Positions 23,449 through 25,256 of a stretch of 25,256 bases of DNA are shown here, one piece after another. The DNA comes from a virus (lineage: Duplodnaviria > Caudoviricetes). Every line of letters starts with the position of its first letter. Position 1 is the first letter of the stretch. Below the pieces are notes generated by a model. The model was not told the DNA's origin. It saw nothing but the letters and a program-made list of their open reading frames with translations, and searched no databases. A program made the translations under genes and the position numbers. The stretch is taken from the IMG/VR virus record IMGVR_UViG_3300025277_000141, positions 1 through 25,256 of that record; one strand, written 5' to 3'.

Positions 23449-25069
23449 TATCGAGACAGATGCTATAAAAGCTAATACCATACATTGCATCGTAGCCCAA
23501 TCTTATTCTAACAATGAACAAAAAGTTTGGGTGCAGGAAGAGTGCCAACAATTTAAAGATTGGTCTTCCAGAATTGATAATTTTATTATGCATAATGGTA
23601 TTAGTTTTGATGCACCAGTTCTTAACCGTTTTACAGGTTCGACAATAAAAGTTTCACAAGTTAGAGATACTCTAATTGAGTCGCAGCTTTATAATCCGGT
23701 TAGAGAGGGAGGACATTCTCTGGAAGCATGGGGAAATAATCTTAAATTTCCTAAAGGAAACTTCAATGAATATAAATATTACAGTCCAGAGATGTTAAAG
23801 TATTGTAAAAGAGATGTTGAATTAACACTTAGACTTGCCAGAACTTTAGAAAAGGAAGGAAAGAATTTTTCAGATAGATCTTATATTCTAGAACAAAAAA
23901 TTAGAGCTATCATAGATCAACAAGAGAAGAATGGATTTGCTTTTAATATCCAAAAAGCAATGATACTACTTGCTCAACTTGAAGATGAACAGCATGGTCT
24001 TGAATGCAAAGCTGAAGAAATATTTGAACCTATCATTACTTACTCGCCTGTTAAAAAGATACCTAAAAGTACGCCTTTTAATATAGCTAGCCGAAAACAG
24101 ATTGCAGAACGACTTATAGAAAAAGGTTGGAAACCTGAACACTACACAGATAAAGATAACATTATTATTAATGAAGAAGTTCTTTCCAAGATTAAGATGG
24201 AAGAAGCACAAATGTTTAGCAGATATTTCCTTCTTCAGAAAAGAACAGGACTTCTCAAAGCCTGGATACAGGAATGTGAAGAGGACAGGAGAGTAAGAGG
24301 AAGAGTTCTTACCCTTAAGACCATTACAGGAAGGATGGCCCATCATAGCCCCAATATGGCCCAAGTACCAGCATCTCATAGCCCTTATGGAAAAGAGTGT
24401 AGAGAATTATGGACAATATCAAATCCTGATACTCATATTTTAATGGGAACAGATGCTAGTAGTCTGGAATTAAGATGTCTAGCTCATTACATGAATGATT
24501 CAAAATTTACCAGTGAGGTTCTTATAGGAGATGTACATTCAGCTAATCAGCACATGGCAGGATTACAAACTAGAGATCAAGCTAAAACATTTATTTATGC
24601 ATTTTTATATGGAGCCGGTCCTGCCAAAATAGGTAAGGTAGTAGGAGCTGGCGCTAAAGAAGGTACTATATTAATTAAAAGATTTCTTAAAAATATGCCA
24701 GCTTTAGGTAGACTAAAAAACAATGTACAAGAAGCAGCAAAGAAAGGAAAGATAAAAGGTCTTGATGGAAGAGAGTTTCAAATAAGATCTGTTCACTCTT
24801 CCTTAAATACTCTTATCCAAGGAGCAGGTGCGATTGTCTGTAAACAATGGCTGGTTCATATGACTGATCGAATACGAAGATCGGGAGTAGATGTTAAGCT
24901 TGTAGCTTCTGTTCATGATGAATATCAATTTGAAGTTGCCAAGAAAGATGTTCAAAAATTTGGTCAGATAACCAAAGATGCAATCAAAGAAACAACACAT
25001 ACATTAGAAATGAAATGTAATTTATCTTGTGAATATAAAACGGGAAACACATGGGCAGAAACTCATTAA
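23429..25069 (+). CDS. Family A DNA polymerase with 3'-5' exonuclease (T7 gp5-like)
   Basis: ExoI DIET, ExoII HNGISFD, ExoIII YCKRD; motif A DASSLELR, motif B AKTFIYAFLYG, motif C VHDE. Confidence 0.96.
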   Translation: MVDAVVDIETDAIKANTIHCIVAQSYSNNEQKVWVQEECQQFKDWSSRIDNFIMHNGISFDAPVLNRFTGSTIKVSQVRDTLIESQLYNPVREGGHSLEAWGNNLKFPKGNFNEYKYYSPEMLKYCKRDVELTLRLARTLEKEGKNFSDRSYILEQKIRAIIDQQEKNGFAFNIQKAMILLAQLEDEQHGLECKAEEIFEPIITYSPVKKIPKSTPFNIASRKQIAERLIEKGWKPEHYTDKDNIIINEEVLSKIKMEEAQMFSRYFLLQKRTGLLKAWIQECEEDRRVRGRVLTLKTITGRMAHHSPNMAQVPASHSPYGKECRELWTISNPDTHILMGTDASSLELRCLAHYMNDSKFTSEVLIGDVHSANQHMAGLQTRDQAKTFIYAFLYGAGPAKIGKVVGAGAKEGTILIKRFLKNMPALGRLKNNVQEAAKKGKIKGLDGREFQIRSVHSSLNTLIQGAGAIVCKQWLVHMTDRIRRSGVDVKLVASVHDEYQFEVAKKDVQKFGQITKDAIKETTHTLEMKCNLSCEYKTGNTWAETH

Positions 25070-25077
25070 TAAAGTGT

Positions 25078-25106
25078 TTGACACATGAAAGTTTATATGC
25101 TATAAT
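25078..25106 (+). promoter_or_regulatory. Consensus sigma70 promoter TTGACA-17-TATAAT with extended -10
   Basis: Perfect boxes; TGC precedes TATAAT. Confidence 0.85.
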
Positions 25107-25132
25107 TCTACAACAATCAGAAAAGGAGAAAG

Positions 25133-25216
25133 ATGACAAACAAAATTTTAAATACATTGTTAAATAACAATTTTAAACAAATTTTTAAGGAGAATCTAAA
25201 TGGCTACAAAAAATAG
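25133..25216 (+). CDS. Possible short leader ORF (27 aa)
   Basis: AAAGGAG RBS; MTNKILNTLLNNNFKQIFKENLNGYKK; overlaps the next start. Confidence 0.4.
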   Translation: MTNKILNTLLNNNFKQIFKENLNGYKK

Positions 25217-25256
25217 TGTGATCTCAGGCGAAGCATGGTTTGCATGGATAACGAAA
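25200..25256 (+). CDS. 5' fragment of next gene, possibly an ssDNA-binding protein
   Basis: AAGGAG RBS; MATKNSVISGEAWFAWITK; product is a guess from position and the GxAxFA-like start. Confidence 0.5.
   Translation, partial: MATKNSVISGEAWFAWITK

Noticed and set aside
9684-25000. Minus-strand ORFs within the early/replication arm
   Set aside because: Antisense shadows of plus-strand genes that have RBS and translational coupling
1-25256. tRNA genes, integrase/attP, phage RNA polymerase, alternative genetic code
   Set aside because: None recognised; long genes read through in the standard code and all three stop codons are used

Overview
AT-rich tailed dsDNA phage sequence (podovirus-like; an aquatic proteobacterial host is plausible but unproven) with two divergent arms. 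Minus arm (1-8646): head/packaging module, TerL > 597-aa unknown > portal > two small ORFs > GroES-like co-chaperonin > scaffold > unknown > decoration-like protein (partial). 8650-9340 is a non-coding divergence zone with (TA)n tracts, short repeats, three tandem copies of a 20-bp near-palindrome and long hairpins; it is probably the genome-end or origin region. Plus arm (9340-25256): many small early genes (ParB/Srx-like, HNH, Gp88-like, C5 methyltransferase with repeated variable region, DUF932-like, cupin, SleB-like), then a T7-type primase-helicase, a nuclease and a family A DNA polymerase. No RNA polymerase, integrase, tRNA or CRISPR array is visible; transcription appears to use sigma70-type promoters. 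The best unexplained signals are a five-copy palindrome family, a duplicated pseudoknot-plus-RBS element, a conserved late-promoter variant and traces of sequence shuffling among early genes. All family calls come from motifs recognised by eye; no searches were run.
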